A stretch of DNA of 59,430 nucleotides, the filler included. It is 5 parts of 5 records of this genome, joined end to end, with 100 filler letters (N's around TTAATTAATTAA, not from the genome) between each part and the next. Parts side by side here need not be neighbours in the genome. Positions count along the whole stretch, not along the records: positions 1 to 24,996 come from DRR378314_1469; positions 25,097 to 33,574 come from DRR378314_1476; 3 more parts are not named here. One strand, given 5' to 3'. Both the position numbers and the translations under genes were made by a program. How positions within the stretch are numbered: the stretch's first letter is position 1; the number at the start of each line of letters is the position of its first letter. Positions 14,381-26,264 of this stretch are shown piece by piece. A model generated the notes under the pieces. It ran no database searches. It had not been told where the DNA came from and saw nothing but the letters and a program-made list of their open reading frames with translations.

Positions 14381-17300
14381 ATGATGCGTTTCTCGCGTGC
14401 GATTGTGTCAATCTCTCATGTTGCGTCAACCCGTGGACCAGTCCGCGTAGGAGCGGCGATATGCCGATTCCCGCGGCGTTGCCTTGTTTCCAGTGCAGGA
14501 GGACAGTCTGCTACGCCGCTGTTGCGCCACGTTGTCGCTCGCCGCGCTCTCCCCGTCGCTGGTGTGTTGTTCGCGCGCTCTCCCGGGCGCTGCACCGACG
14601 AATGTATTGGCGTTCGCTCTTGCACCTCGCCTATTAGTACATGTTGATATAATGATAGTATATCTGAAGGAATCGTGTTCTGATGACGCCAGGCAATGGG
14701 CAATGGTGCAGCGGACGGTTGGTTGCTACCGCGAGTACCCGAACTGAGTGCGTGCGAACATGAGCTGTATTGCAACAGAAACGTGCGCACACTGTGCTTC
14801 CGTGGCAGTTAACGCGCGACCCCCGCAAGTAGGCCCGCGGCTTCTCTCTGCGAATCTACCAGATTGATTCTACCCATATACTCAATGGAAAATAGGAATC
14901 AGATCGGTTAAGCCGGTTGATGTCCTTCCGCGCCGCTGGAGCCCCGTGCAGCTGGGTTCCGAAGTTTCGACCTTCGGAGCGCGCTACTGCTTGCGCGCAG
15001 CGGCTCACAAGCGCAACGAGTGCGCTCTTGCCGGGATTCTTTCCATGTTTCACGCCCCTCGCCCGGTGGATCCTTTTCTTCCTTGCGACGCTGTCATATG
15101 TCGTCAGTGAGATATATGTCATTGCACGAAGTACATGCTGCGATGTGGGCAGGATATATCAGACACGTTGTGGGCTCTTCGCAACGCGGCGAGGCGGATG
15201 GCGCATGGACGCGCCGACTGCTGCGCCGGGAGTACTTGCGAACCTCCGCGGCTCTCTCACGTGCGCTTGTTGGCTGTTGTGCTCCGCTCACTTTGCAGCA
15301 ACGCGGTCGATGTTCATTCAAACGGAACCCACTCCAAATCCCCAGAGTATGAAATTCTTTCCGAATTGGTGTGTTTTCGTCGCAGTTCTCAGTATTCTCG
15401 GCTTCGAATTTTGCTCGCGACGCCAGAGAGCGTACTTTCTGTGCGAGACAAAGCAGCGTAGGGTCGGGGCAGCTTTTTTGTCCGCGTTGTGCTCGTTGCG
15501 GAGTGCGGCCTTGGCTGCCGAGCTGCTCGCTTATACGCTTTGCTCTCCCTTTTTCTCGCATGTCTTTTCTTCTACCGACCATAGCGAACTTCTCGCTGGG
15601 GAAGATATGCCATCGACAATGGACTTTCCGAACGCCATGTCCGCGTTGGCTTCTCCGCTGGCAAGGCGTATATTTCTCGTTGATGGAGTATCAGGTGTCT
15701 TTCTTGGCCGAGACTTTCTCACTGTGTCTGTACGAGACCCCGATCCAGAATGGAGCGCTTTGAAGCCGCAGGTATGCAGTCAACTGCCGCATGAGATGTA
15801 CTTGCGTACTTGCTGTGGCTGTGCGTGCTACTGCCCTTGGTATGCTGCGGATCTCGTTCCTTTCGGTGCCGCCCTGTCCCGCCGCCGTTGGAAGGTTTGA
15901 GCGTGCTGTCTGCCCTTTCCCTTGACCCGCTTTCCGCTGCGCTGCTGGAACGGAATGACCCTTCCGATCCAGAAGCATTGCCATCGTGCGCAGCTTCCGA
16001 TCCGGTTGGTTAATATGCATGATAATGACTGCTATTGTGGATGTTGCTGGTGCTCATGTGGCACAATAAAGCTATGTATTGATCAGTGCATGTGCTTCTC
16101 ATGCGCTGTATTCTGCTATCGCTATCATGGCTTCGTGCATCGCACGATGGGCGCTGGCGTAGCGGCATTTGTGGACATAGCTCAGAGAGAATGGTGCTCT
16201 CTGATAACGACGTGCTTTGAAACCCTCTTTCGGTGATGCTTGTTTGTTATTACTGCAGATTTTTGCTGCTATCATGGAGCATTTTGCATCGGGCGAACCT
16301 GTCCTGGGTGATGACGCTGATCGTGGCTCATGTACGCGCGCTGTGGCACTGCTCATCTGCTACGTTACTCATTGCGTCAGAAGTAATGATGGATTTGGGG
16401 GGCTATGGTGAATGGCTTGGTGCTACAGAGGAACCTTTGTCTGATAATCCCAGAGAAAAAGACAGCGTGGTAGCTGTTCTTGTCGTGCACGTTGCCTGAT
16501 GGAGGATCTGGTTCCCGAATAGTCATTGGAGCGAGACCCGTACTTCCTATTTGCTGGCCCTTCGTTCCTGTTTTGGTTTTCGTGGAAAGTATTTTTGAGT
16601 GAGACTGGTTCTTTTTTTTTGGCGGTGGTGGACAATGTTTCTTGCGGTGCAGCGGATACGATGATTGATGAAAATGATTCCGAGGTTGTCCAGCAAATCA
16701 AGGAGCTTCTCGAAACACGAATTCGTCCCATGGTGCAAGAAGACGGAGGAGATATTCGGTGCGCATTGTCTACGGACCGGCTGTGGGTGCGAGCTGCTCC
16801 GCCGATGTGTTTTGTCCAATGTGGGGAAGCCAACGGTTAGGGTTCTCGGGGCTCAGTAGTCCGCTGTTGTGATTCTTTTTTGTCGATCGTCTCCTCCTCG
16901 GCCGCATTTCCCTTGTGCGGTTCGAACCTGATGTTATTACAGTATTTTCGCAGTAGTATTTCTGTCGAAATATGCACGTCGACTTGTCTCACTGTTTCTT
17001 CTCTATGATGCATGCGTATCCACGTCGGCGGTGCGAGCAGATTTGTCGAGTTTGACGAGGATGGCATCGTCCGGCTCAGCCTGCAGGGTGCGTGCTCGAC
17101 ATGTCCGTCTTCGACTGCCACGCTCAAAGGCGGGATCGAAAATATGCTGATGCACTATATCAGCGAAGTTCGCGGGGTAGAGGTATGTTTCTTGGTGGCA
17201 ACGTAAGGGAAGAGATGATGTCCTGGACAAGCGGCGGCAGAATGAATATGTCTCCGACCTAGAGACTTCTGCAGTTTTCTCCCGGGCTGTTGTGAGGAGA

Positions 17301-17534
17301 ACGCTCCGTTGCCATGAAAATGAACGCTGGTAATGCGTAAATGAAGTGTTCGATTTGCCCTGTACATCTCAAGGTCTGGGAATGGCGCGAGAACCTAATG
17401 TGGATCTGCTAATGCGGCTGCGTTTCACTGCGTAGGAGGTGCTGCCGGAAGATGACCCTGAACTTGGTCCTGTGGTACAGGCGAATAATGAGGCTCTGGA
17501 AAGGCTCGAAAAATCTCTCGGGCGGGCCGATTAG
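14381..17534 (+). CDS. NFU1: Mitochondrial Fe-S cluster carrier NFU1, 7 exons (14381-14561, 15299-15368, 15585-15771, 16259-16331, 16653-16758, 17041-17182, 17436-17534)
   Basis: An Arg/Ser-rich, acid-free presequence ([18 protein letters not shown]) precedes [63 protein letters not shown] and the CxxC motif [31 protein letters not shown] splicing is phase-consistent. Confidence 0.95.
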
Positions 17535-18523
17535 AGAGGCTACTGTCTTATTCTGCGTGGCGTGGCCGGACGCGCACACTTTGGGGAACGTTTGTGCTCT
17601 GTCATTGCGGTTCCTGTGGTTGAACGGTGACGTGGCGCGCCCCCTTCGTCGCTGCTCGGCTAGGGCGAGATGCCTGTAGACCCTTTGCTGCGCACCGCAG
17701 GCACCGTGCGGCAGGCGGTTGCGAATGAATGATGTCCTGTCCATGCGGTTCCGGTGCGTATCCGCGCGCCTGATCAGTTGTAGCATTTCCGCAACCTAAT
17801 TCCCAAACAGTATCCGCTCGCGCATGTCCCAACCCTCGCTCAGTACAGTGAGAAACGGCTTATCTGGCCTTCGCGCGCGGGACTGCATTGCGGCGCTTCC
17901 ACGCCGTGCACGCGGGGAACTCCGGCTCCAGGCGAAAAACCATACACACTTTCCTATACACGGCCTCTCTGCAAATCAAATTGAAGATCGCGCCAAGAAC
18001 GTACGTGAATGCCAAGCGCGCGGTGCACCTGAGAACGAGTATGGTGTCGCTGCAAACTTTGGTGCGCAAAGGCGCGCATTGCTAGTACACGCTATCCACG
18101 GCCTGAGTTACGTCGCCGTTTGTATATCGCCCTTCCTCGTTTGGAGGTTTCCTCAAAAACGAAGAATAACCGCGTTTCGTATCGGCGCGAATATCCTGAT
18201 TTGTTCTCACTTTCTACTGTGCGTTGGCGTATTCACTACGTGCGACCGGATAAACGAATGCGCCCGTCCACGTTTTCGCAGGCGAGGAATCTTCTTTCCG
18301 CGTAGGGGAGAGGCACACAGGGAAAGGGTGGCGCAGCAGCAGGCTGCGAGCGACACGGACTTCGTTGTGGCGCGTAGCACTCCTTCACCACAAGGGCAGT
18401 TAGGCATCTTGCTCGGAAGATAGCCCTGCGAAGAAAACCTCAAATTCTCCACTGGTATCAATATCATTCTACCTCAGTCTTGTCCGGAAAGTATTCTCCC
18501 GAACCCGACTATCTTCACACGCC

Positions 18524-21500
18524 ATGCCTACTTTAGAGGAGCATAGCGAGCCAAGCGCCGCTGAACACCAAGGAGGCAGCAAGTCCATCGGCGACGAGAC
18601 AGACCAGGGCAATACTGTGGATACTCAACGAAATCGATTGGATAGTCTCAGCGACGAAGATGAAGTAGCACAAAACGAAGATGATGTGGACCTTGACGGA
18701 TCTTCAGAGAGCCTATTCGAAGATCTTGATGATGATACAAAGAATGTAAGCACGCACCATCACAAACACCCTGGGTCAGAGGCCCACTTCTGCGTAGCAT
18801 GCACGTGACGTTGAAGAGCCGAGCCCGTACACGGGTCGCTCGTGGGAGGATCTGCACGCCAAGGAATTACACAGGTGCAATGGTTAGTACATTATGAATG
18901 CTCGGATAATTCAAGGACATATCTGGTTCTTTATACGAAAATCTTCGACTGCCCATGCGGAGCCCGCACTTCGCTGATGGACTTTGTGCTCGTGAACGCG
19001 TTGGGATGGTACAGGCATTGTTCAATAGAATACGGGACACGCTTCGAAGCCAGCTCAAAACGCTGGAGCAGCGCCTAACAGAAGATGTTCGAGTAAAGGT
19101 ACGTGGCGCCGACGATTTTGCTTTGTATTTAGTGTCGTTTGCAGTGAGCTATTTTCCGAATTCGCGTGCTGGTTCCAATACGGGCTGCCCGAATGCTCGG
19201 TAGTTCCGTGGTGCGGTCGCTCTCTGCAGCCGATTGCTTTGCATGCGTCATGCCCCAGCTGCATTTTGAGGTGATCGCAGGTGCCAGAGAAGCGGTACAT
19301 ATGAGACGAACAAGGAGACTCCCGCCGGCAGGTTTCCAGTCCATATAGGGAAGCAGAATGCACGAAATCGTTCTCCTAGGCCAGTCGTTTATAGAATTGC
19401 TTTCGCAGAGAGTTGCTACTGTGCTTGGTACGCCGCTCAAGTCAGAACGCGCTCGGCATGCACGCGATTCATGATCCGTGCGCGCCTTTCCAAAGCGCTG
19501 GGGCAAAGGCAGCATATGTTACATTCATCTGCGCTTTATCGGCAGTATTTCTTTCTCTCAAGAGCATAGTAATTGTGAACGACATCGTTCTGTATCTTTG
19601 GTACGGAACCACCGGCTGCCGGCCAAAATTCTACTTCCTCACTGTCTTTTTCTTTCTTTCTGCATACTTGGTTGGACGCTGGCGCGAATACTTACTAGGA
19701 CGAAGAGGCCCGGCATGCACGGGAAAGCCGCGAGAGCCTTGGCGTTGAGCTGTATGGCGCGCAACAGCAGCTCGCCAAGCTGCAAATTCAACTTGAGCGA
19801 ACTCACGATAGCTTCGTTGTCATTCAGAATCTCCGTAATGAGGCTGAAGAACAGTCTCAGAATGCAAACAAGGTGTTTGCCTCCCAAAAAGACGAGCTTG
19901 AAATGCAGCGCGGTCAGTGGATACGAATGCAAAAGGAATTGGACAACTTGAACGCCACACTGCGACAGGTTGAACGGTACAATGAGGAAGTAAAAAGCGA
20001 AATCGCAATAACTAGACGTGCCACATACAAGACAGAGGAAGCGATGACAGAGCTTGAGCGTGAGAAACAGATGCAAGATCTGCTCATAGACTCGCTGAAC
20101 GAGCAGTTGAAGCGGCTCCGCGATGAGATCGGCTTGGTCGACGCGCAGCTCGCAGCTCAGCAACAGGAGACACGTGCCGCAGTGGATACCCTAGCGGAGG
20201 CCGGAGCAGAAATGGAGGCAATCAAATTCGAGAAACGACAGCTCATGAACCAATGGAAATCCAGCCTCATTGGCATGCAACGACGGAATGAAGCATTGGC
20301 TGGCGTCGAAGAGGCCCTGCACAAGACGAGAGAGGAGCACAAGAACGCAATGAACGAGGCAACCGGCATCGCGAAAGTAACCGAGGAGGTGCAAGAAACG
20401 AACGCCTCTCTCACGTCTCGGCTCAACCGTCTACGCAGCGAAGTAAAACGAAACGAAAAGAATGCCGAGGTTCTTCAGGAACATCGTGAGGGAGTATCAC
20501 AGCAGTATCGGATGCTGCAGACCGCGCATGAGAAAGCGGGCGAGGAACTCGCGCGCGAGTCGCAGAAACGCAAGCTTGCCGAGAAGGAAATGCGGGCCCT
20601 CGACAAACAGATCCAAACACTACAGGAGAGCACTCATCGCCTCCAAGACATGATTGTAGACAGCCTGAGTACCCAGACAACACTTGAAAAGTCTAGCGCC
20701 AGCAGCTCGAAAGCCAAGCACAAAGCGCTGAATGAAATCCGAGCAAAGGAACGCGAGGCCGTACAGATTGAGAACGAGCTTGCACGAGTTCGCGTGGACT
20801 CTCTGAATACGAGCGCGCAATGTAAGATTCTACAGCAGACCTTGGACGCTGCAGATGCCGCTCTCCAAGAGCACACCGCACTGGTGGGAAAGCGTGCAAC
20901 CGAAATACGCAGACGAAACGATGTAATCGAAAAGAAACAACGTGAAGTTGACGCGCTCAACCGCAGACTCAATGCGATCCGCGAGCAGCAGGCGAACCGC
21001 GGCGAGGAGAACACTGGCCCTCTCGAGGCGACAATCAAGAGCATCTCAAAGAGCATCGAGCAGGCTGACAACTCCAGTGCAGAAACACAGCGTCTTTGGC
21101 TCACGCGCCAAACTGAATTGGTGGAGTTAATATCGAGCGTTGAAGGCAATAAAAAGGCTGTCGATGCACTGCGAGCACGCCACACGATCATGACCCAGCG
21201 GAAGCTCCGCGTCGAGTCGCAGGTTGAGTCCAATGAGCGCGAAGTCGCAGACGTGCGCAAAGGAATCGAATCGCTCCACCACGACATGGTGCGGATGAAC
21301 GATCTTATATCGAAAAATTCACAGCTACGCGCAGCATTAGCGGACGAGAACTTTAATATGGAGCGAGCCTTTGTCGACAAGCTGCGCGAGCTCGAGCGCG
21401 ACTCAATGAAGCTGGAGGACAAGATCCATAGCTGTATGCAGGAAAAGGCGAATCTTCTCAACAGCATTGTGGAAATGGAGCGGCAGATCATGATGTGGGA

Positions 21501-23040
21501 GCGCAAAATTGAGCTCGAAAACGAGACCCATCGTACAATAAATCCGGAAGAAGGTGTAGATGTGATAAAATCCATGAAAAAGGAAATCCATCGCATGGAA
21601 TTGCGCTACGTCCAGCTACAGCATGAGCAGGAGGAGCTCATGAAGGAAATGGAACGGGCGATAGCCAAGCGCGAAGCAATCGCGCTCAAGGGGTCGAACG
21701 CCAAATCTCGCGAGAACACCATCGGAGCTCTTCAGGCAGCCAATCGAGACCTGGCGAAGCGGGTTGCGACAGCACAGAAAGAAACTAAGCGATTCGCCGA
21801 GGAAACACAGGTACGCTCGCACTGGTTCGCCCGTTCCGAAAGTGCTTGACACCTGAGAGGGGGAAACTAAGTTCGGTGCAGTTTCGTCAGCGCTCCGTTC
21901 CTCGCGAGTCAAACGAAAATGACTGTAGTCGACACAACATACACTTATTGTACATAAGCCTTTCTTATTCCAAAAGTCAGCTCCAAGACCCATCAAGCTT
22001 TAGAGGAAGATGCAGTACATGACTCTTGCTCGCTGTCAGATCTACTCCTGCCGGTGCGAAGCTCCCTTCTGCGCACACCTCCGCACTGCGTTCTACAAGT
22101 GCGTCGATTCGGAAAGCAAATGACGTTGTATTTGTTCTGGCAGAGAGTAGTACGCTGTACAAAGCGCGTATGACCGGTGGTTGCGTGCGTGACGCTGTTT
22201 ATGCGCAGGCCCTAGACGAGGAGATCGACAGACTCCAGCAAACCGTCGACAAAGAACGCACTAGCATTGATGCAAAGAAGGCCGAGTTTGACTCTGTAAT
22301 GGAGATCATCCACCGCCTCTCATCGGAGAGAGCCATTCGAATCGAACGCGTCCGATTGGAACAGAAGCGTGCTCGCCTGTATGCTGTACGTAGGTGTCGT
22401 TGCGGGCGTGTGTGCGCGCGATGTGCAGAAGGGGAAAAAAAAAGAAGAAGAAATCGACCACCAAACATCACTCGCAGCAGTTGGTTCGTGGTTGGCACCA
22501 CAAGAAATTAGAAAATAGCTTAGGATAAGAAACTTGCCCATTGAAAATTCGGCAGATATTGTAAGGCGTACGAATGCATTTGCACTGCATGTGATGCGGA
22601 GAAGGAGCCTCCGTGGAAAAAATGGAGCTGTCTGAATAGCATTGCGGGTATTCGTAGCAACGCTTGCCCTCCGTGTCCTCGGGAGCGCGTGCAAAGGGCT
22701 GCAGAGGAGCGCCCCAAGGCGGCGACCGCGCTTGTTCCCTGGGCTTCAAACCCTCGTCGCTTGCCGACGGGAGCAAGCGCAACGCCACGCGCTCCGTGCA
22801 CCTTGCTTTCCTCCCCCTTACCCCAGCCAAACCACCTTTGACTACTCTCGCATTACTTGGATACAGGATGGGAGCAAAAAAGATTTGAACGCCAAGCGAG
22901 CAGCAATTGTGCGCGACCTGGAGCGGCAGGCAGAAAAGAAGGGAAAGCTGGAGGCGGCGCTCGAGAGCATGCAGGACCAATTCCCAGACCTCAAGGCTGG
23001 CGTTGCGCGAGCTCGCGCCGTTCTTTTGCCGAGCCAATAG
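18524..23040 (+). CDS. CCDC40: Coiled-coil domain-containing protein 40 (axonemal 96-nm ruler), 5 exons (18524-18745, 19015-19098, 19699-21810, 22209-22385, 22867-23040), ~922 aa
   Basis: Acidic N-terminus and a long coiled coil with CCDC40-type motifs: RESLGVELYGAQQQLAKLQ, EVKSEIAITRRATYKTEE, EKQMQDLLID, QWKSSLIGMQRRNEA, GPLEATI, ERQIMMWERKIEL, MKKEIHRMELRY. Confidence 0.9.
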
Positions 23041-24996
23041 GCGCACTCGCCAGCGAAACCATGTTTACATCTCCCCCACCAATCACACTAAATCTCGCTA
23101 CTCTGTTCTTAAAATTATCAGAGGAAGGGAGAGACAGCGTGCATATCCCGAAACCCGTCGGGTGCTGGCGAGAGCAGGTCGCAACACGGCAGCCGCCGTT
23201 CCGTTTCGAAAAGATCCCGAATTTCCAAAATAAAAATCAGGATCATTCCGAATAAAAGGAAACTTGGAAATTTGCTGCCCGTTTCTGTGCGCCACTTGCC
23301 GAGGCGCTAGCGCAGTGCGCAGCGACGAACTCGTAGGTGCGTGCGGCACGCGTATGCCGGCTCACGCGTGCGGTGCCCTGCAAAGGATATTTTTCGGCGT
23401 ACATCCTAATCTATGCACGGAAGTGATTATGGTGGTGAGAAGATAGTATGATGCGATGCAGGTGGCGTGCGAAAGCGCGGGGAGTGTACTCGCTCACTAC
23501 GTGCAGTCGCCGCGCTATTCCTCCTCGCGGCTGCCTTGCGCACTGCGCACGCTGCAGCGGGCGCGGCTCGTGCTCCGTGCGTCGCGTTCGTGTGCAGCGC
23601 ACCTCCTCCCGCTGTGCCCCGGCGGACAGCGCTCCACCGCAGTGTAGACCACCCCATGTATATTTTATTTAATCTTTAACGCTACATCAGCGCGAAGAAG
23701 CGGGATAGTGATTATACTTTGTGCGTCTGGAGAAGAATGCGGTCGGGGTGGTCCTGCAGCACTGCGCTGCGGGACCACGCGCCGCTGCGTTCCCGTGCTC
23801 GCCGTGTGTCCCCACCTCGCTGAAGCGGCGCGCGCGGCTGGTTGCCGGCTCCGCGGGCTCCTCCGAAGGACAGAGCGATGCCTTTTCAGTGTCGAGGCGT
23901 GGCTTCGTTGGCGGGAGGTGACAATGATAGATCAATATGGGATACGAGGAGCGAAAATCGAGGCTCTCTGGAATATTTTGTTGTTGCTGTTTGGCGACAT
24001 TTCGTTCTACTGCGCGCGGGTGCGGGCGAGGGGAAACGGCATGCCGACGCTTGTGGCCTGCGCTCGGCCCGCATCGCCCGCGTGCCCGCAGTGCGCTTGG
24101 CCGCGCCCGCCTGCGCCGCTAACCGCTGCTTAATCGTCTCTGCACGGAATTATCCAGGATTCGGTCTCGTCCTTTCGAAGAAAAACTAGGCTACTGATTG
24201 ATATTGTGAGCATTCGACCCCCGCTCTGGGAGCCGTAGATTTTTGTTTTTGATCTATGTGCGCAAAGCACATGAAGGTCGAGGTTGGTTCCTGCGCCAAC
24301 GCAACGGCGCGCGCGCGCGCTCCGTGCCAGCGCGTCTGCACTCGCCTGCGCGCATTCCTGCACGTATCCATCTGTTCTCTTCCTTCCTTGTCTTTTTCGA
24401 TCGTAAGGATACTCGATATTAGATTACTCAAGTGGCATGTCCGGTTTACGTGTCGTTTGAAGGGGGTGCATATGCGTCGTGCACTTCTCCGGATCGGACA
24501 GGGAGGGGAGCTTGCGTGCGTTGCGGCGCCGGCGCGCGCCGTTGTCGTTGGAAGGCGCACGCGCGATCAGCGCGCGGCCGCTGGAGCAGCCACTCGCAAT
24601 TTCCGTGGCAACATTTTCGTCATTTATAGCCATAGGTTAAGAATATATCAATATGTGATGTAGCACGTTTAACGTTTGGTTCGAAAATGGAGTGAAGCGC
24701 GATGCTTTGGCCCGCCCGCCCGCCCGCTGCTCTGCGCGTATCCAGCGCCGTGCGTCGCTGGCGATTGCGTCACGGGTGCGTGAGTTCAGCGCTCTTCGGA
24801 GTTTATCAGTTGCATTGCTCCCGTGCTTGCAGGCGCAGGGTTTGTTATTTACTACTCGATCTCGTGTTGCACGCGTGCGCTGTGTCCACGTGACGCGCGC
24901 AACCTTTAAAGTTTCAATTCCTTTGCCTATCCTTATGTTGTGTAGCGAGGCTGGTTCGCTGGCGCAGCGCCGCCAAGGGTTGAAACCCATGTGCTG

Positions 24997-25096
24997 NNNN
25001 NNNNNNNNNNNNNNNNNNNNNNNNNNNNNNNNNNNNNNNNTTAATTAATTAANNNNNNNNNNNNNNNNNNNNNNNNNNNNNNNNNNNNNNNNNNNN
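24997..25096. other. Artificial contig spacer N44-TTAATTAATTAA-N44
   Basis: 100-nt spacer with stops in all six frames, identical at four places in the window. Confidence 0.98.
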
Positions 25097-26138
25097 CGCC
25101 ATGACCGGCTATCAGGAGATCATGACTGATCCCTCCTACGCTGGCCAGATCGTCACCTTCACCTTCCCCCATATCGGCAACACCGGCGTCACACCCGAAG
25201 ACGACGAGACAGCAGATCCGGTGGCCGCCGGCATGGTGGTGAAATGGGACCCGACGCTGGCGTCGAACTGGCGCACCACCGAGGAGCTGAAATCCTGGCT
25301 CACCCGCACCGGGCGCATCGCAATCGGCGGCATCGACACCCGCCGCCTGACCCGCGCGATCCGCCAGCAAGGCGCGCCGCATGTGGCACTGGAGCACAAT
25401 CCAGACGGCATCTTTGATGTCGAGGCGCTGGTGGCGCAAGCGCGCGGCTGGCCGGGCCTTGAGGGTATGGACCTCGCCAAGGACGTGACCTGCGCGCAAT
25501 CCTACCGCTGGGACGAGATGCGGTGGGCCTGGCCGGACGGCTACACGCGGCAGGAAGACCCCAAGCACAAGGTCGTCGCCATTGACTATGGCGCCAAGCG
25601 CAACATCCTGCGCTGCTTGGCCTCTGCTGGCTGTGACGTCACCGTATTGCCCGCCACCGCCACCTCGGAAGAGGTGCTGGCGCATCAGCCCGATGGCGTG
25701 TTCCTGTCCAACGGCCCCGGTGATCCGGCCGCCACCGGCAGCTACGCTGTGCCGATGATCAAGGATATCCTCGACCAGACCGATCTGCCTGTCTTTGGCA
25801 TCTGCCTCGGCCACCAGATGCTGGCGCTGGCACTTGGCGCAAAGACCATCAAGATGAACCACGGACATCACGGCGCCAACCATCCGGTTAAGGAAAGCGG
25901 CACTGGCAAGGTTGAAATCACCTCGATGAACCACGGGTTTGCGGTGGATGCGCAATCCCTGCCCGACGGCGTGGAAGAAACTCATATCTCGCTGTTTGAT
26001 GGCTCCAACTGCGGCATCCGCATGAAGGACCGCCCGGTTTATTCCGTGCAGCACCACCCCGAGGCAAGCCCGGGCCCGCAGGACAGCTTCTATCTGTTCG
26101 AACGGTTCACAGAGGCGATGGCCGCGCGTAAGGCCTGA
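25097..26138 (+). CDS. carA: Carbamoyl-phosphate synthase small subunit, 5'-truncated by contig edge
   Basis: AMTGYQEIMTDPSYAGQIVTFTFPHIGNTG, IDYGAKRNI, LSNGPGDP, catalytic FGICLGHQ and QHHPEASPGP. Confidence 0.98.
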
Positions 26139-26164
26139 CCAGCACAGCATGAGACGACATGCAC

Positions 26165-26200
26165 CACCCGGCAGAGCCTCTCTGTCGGGTGTTTTTCTTT
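26165..26200 (+). terminator. Rho-independent terminator after carA
   Basis: Stem CACCCGGCAGAG / CTCTGTCGGGTG with a 3-nt loop, followed by TTTTTCTTT. Confidence 0.8.
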
Positions 26201-26264
26201 GTGTTTACGGTTGATTACGCGCGATTTACTTTGTCCAACCGCCCTGCCCTGCTAGCCGTAGACG

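Noticed and set aside
14917-15900. 327-aa ORF as a single protein
   Set aside because: It is two NFU1 exons plus intron sequence that happens to be stop-free.
25041-25052. TTAATTAATTAA as a piggyBac TTAA target site or biological repeat
   Set aside because: It is the six-frame-stop linker inside the N spacers.
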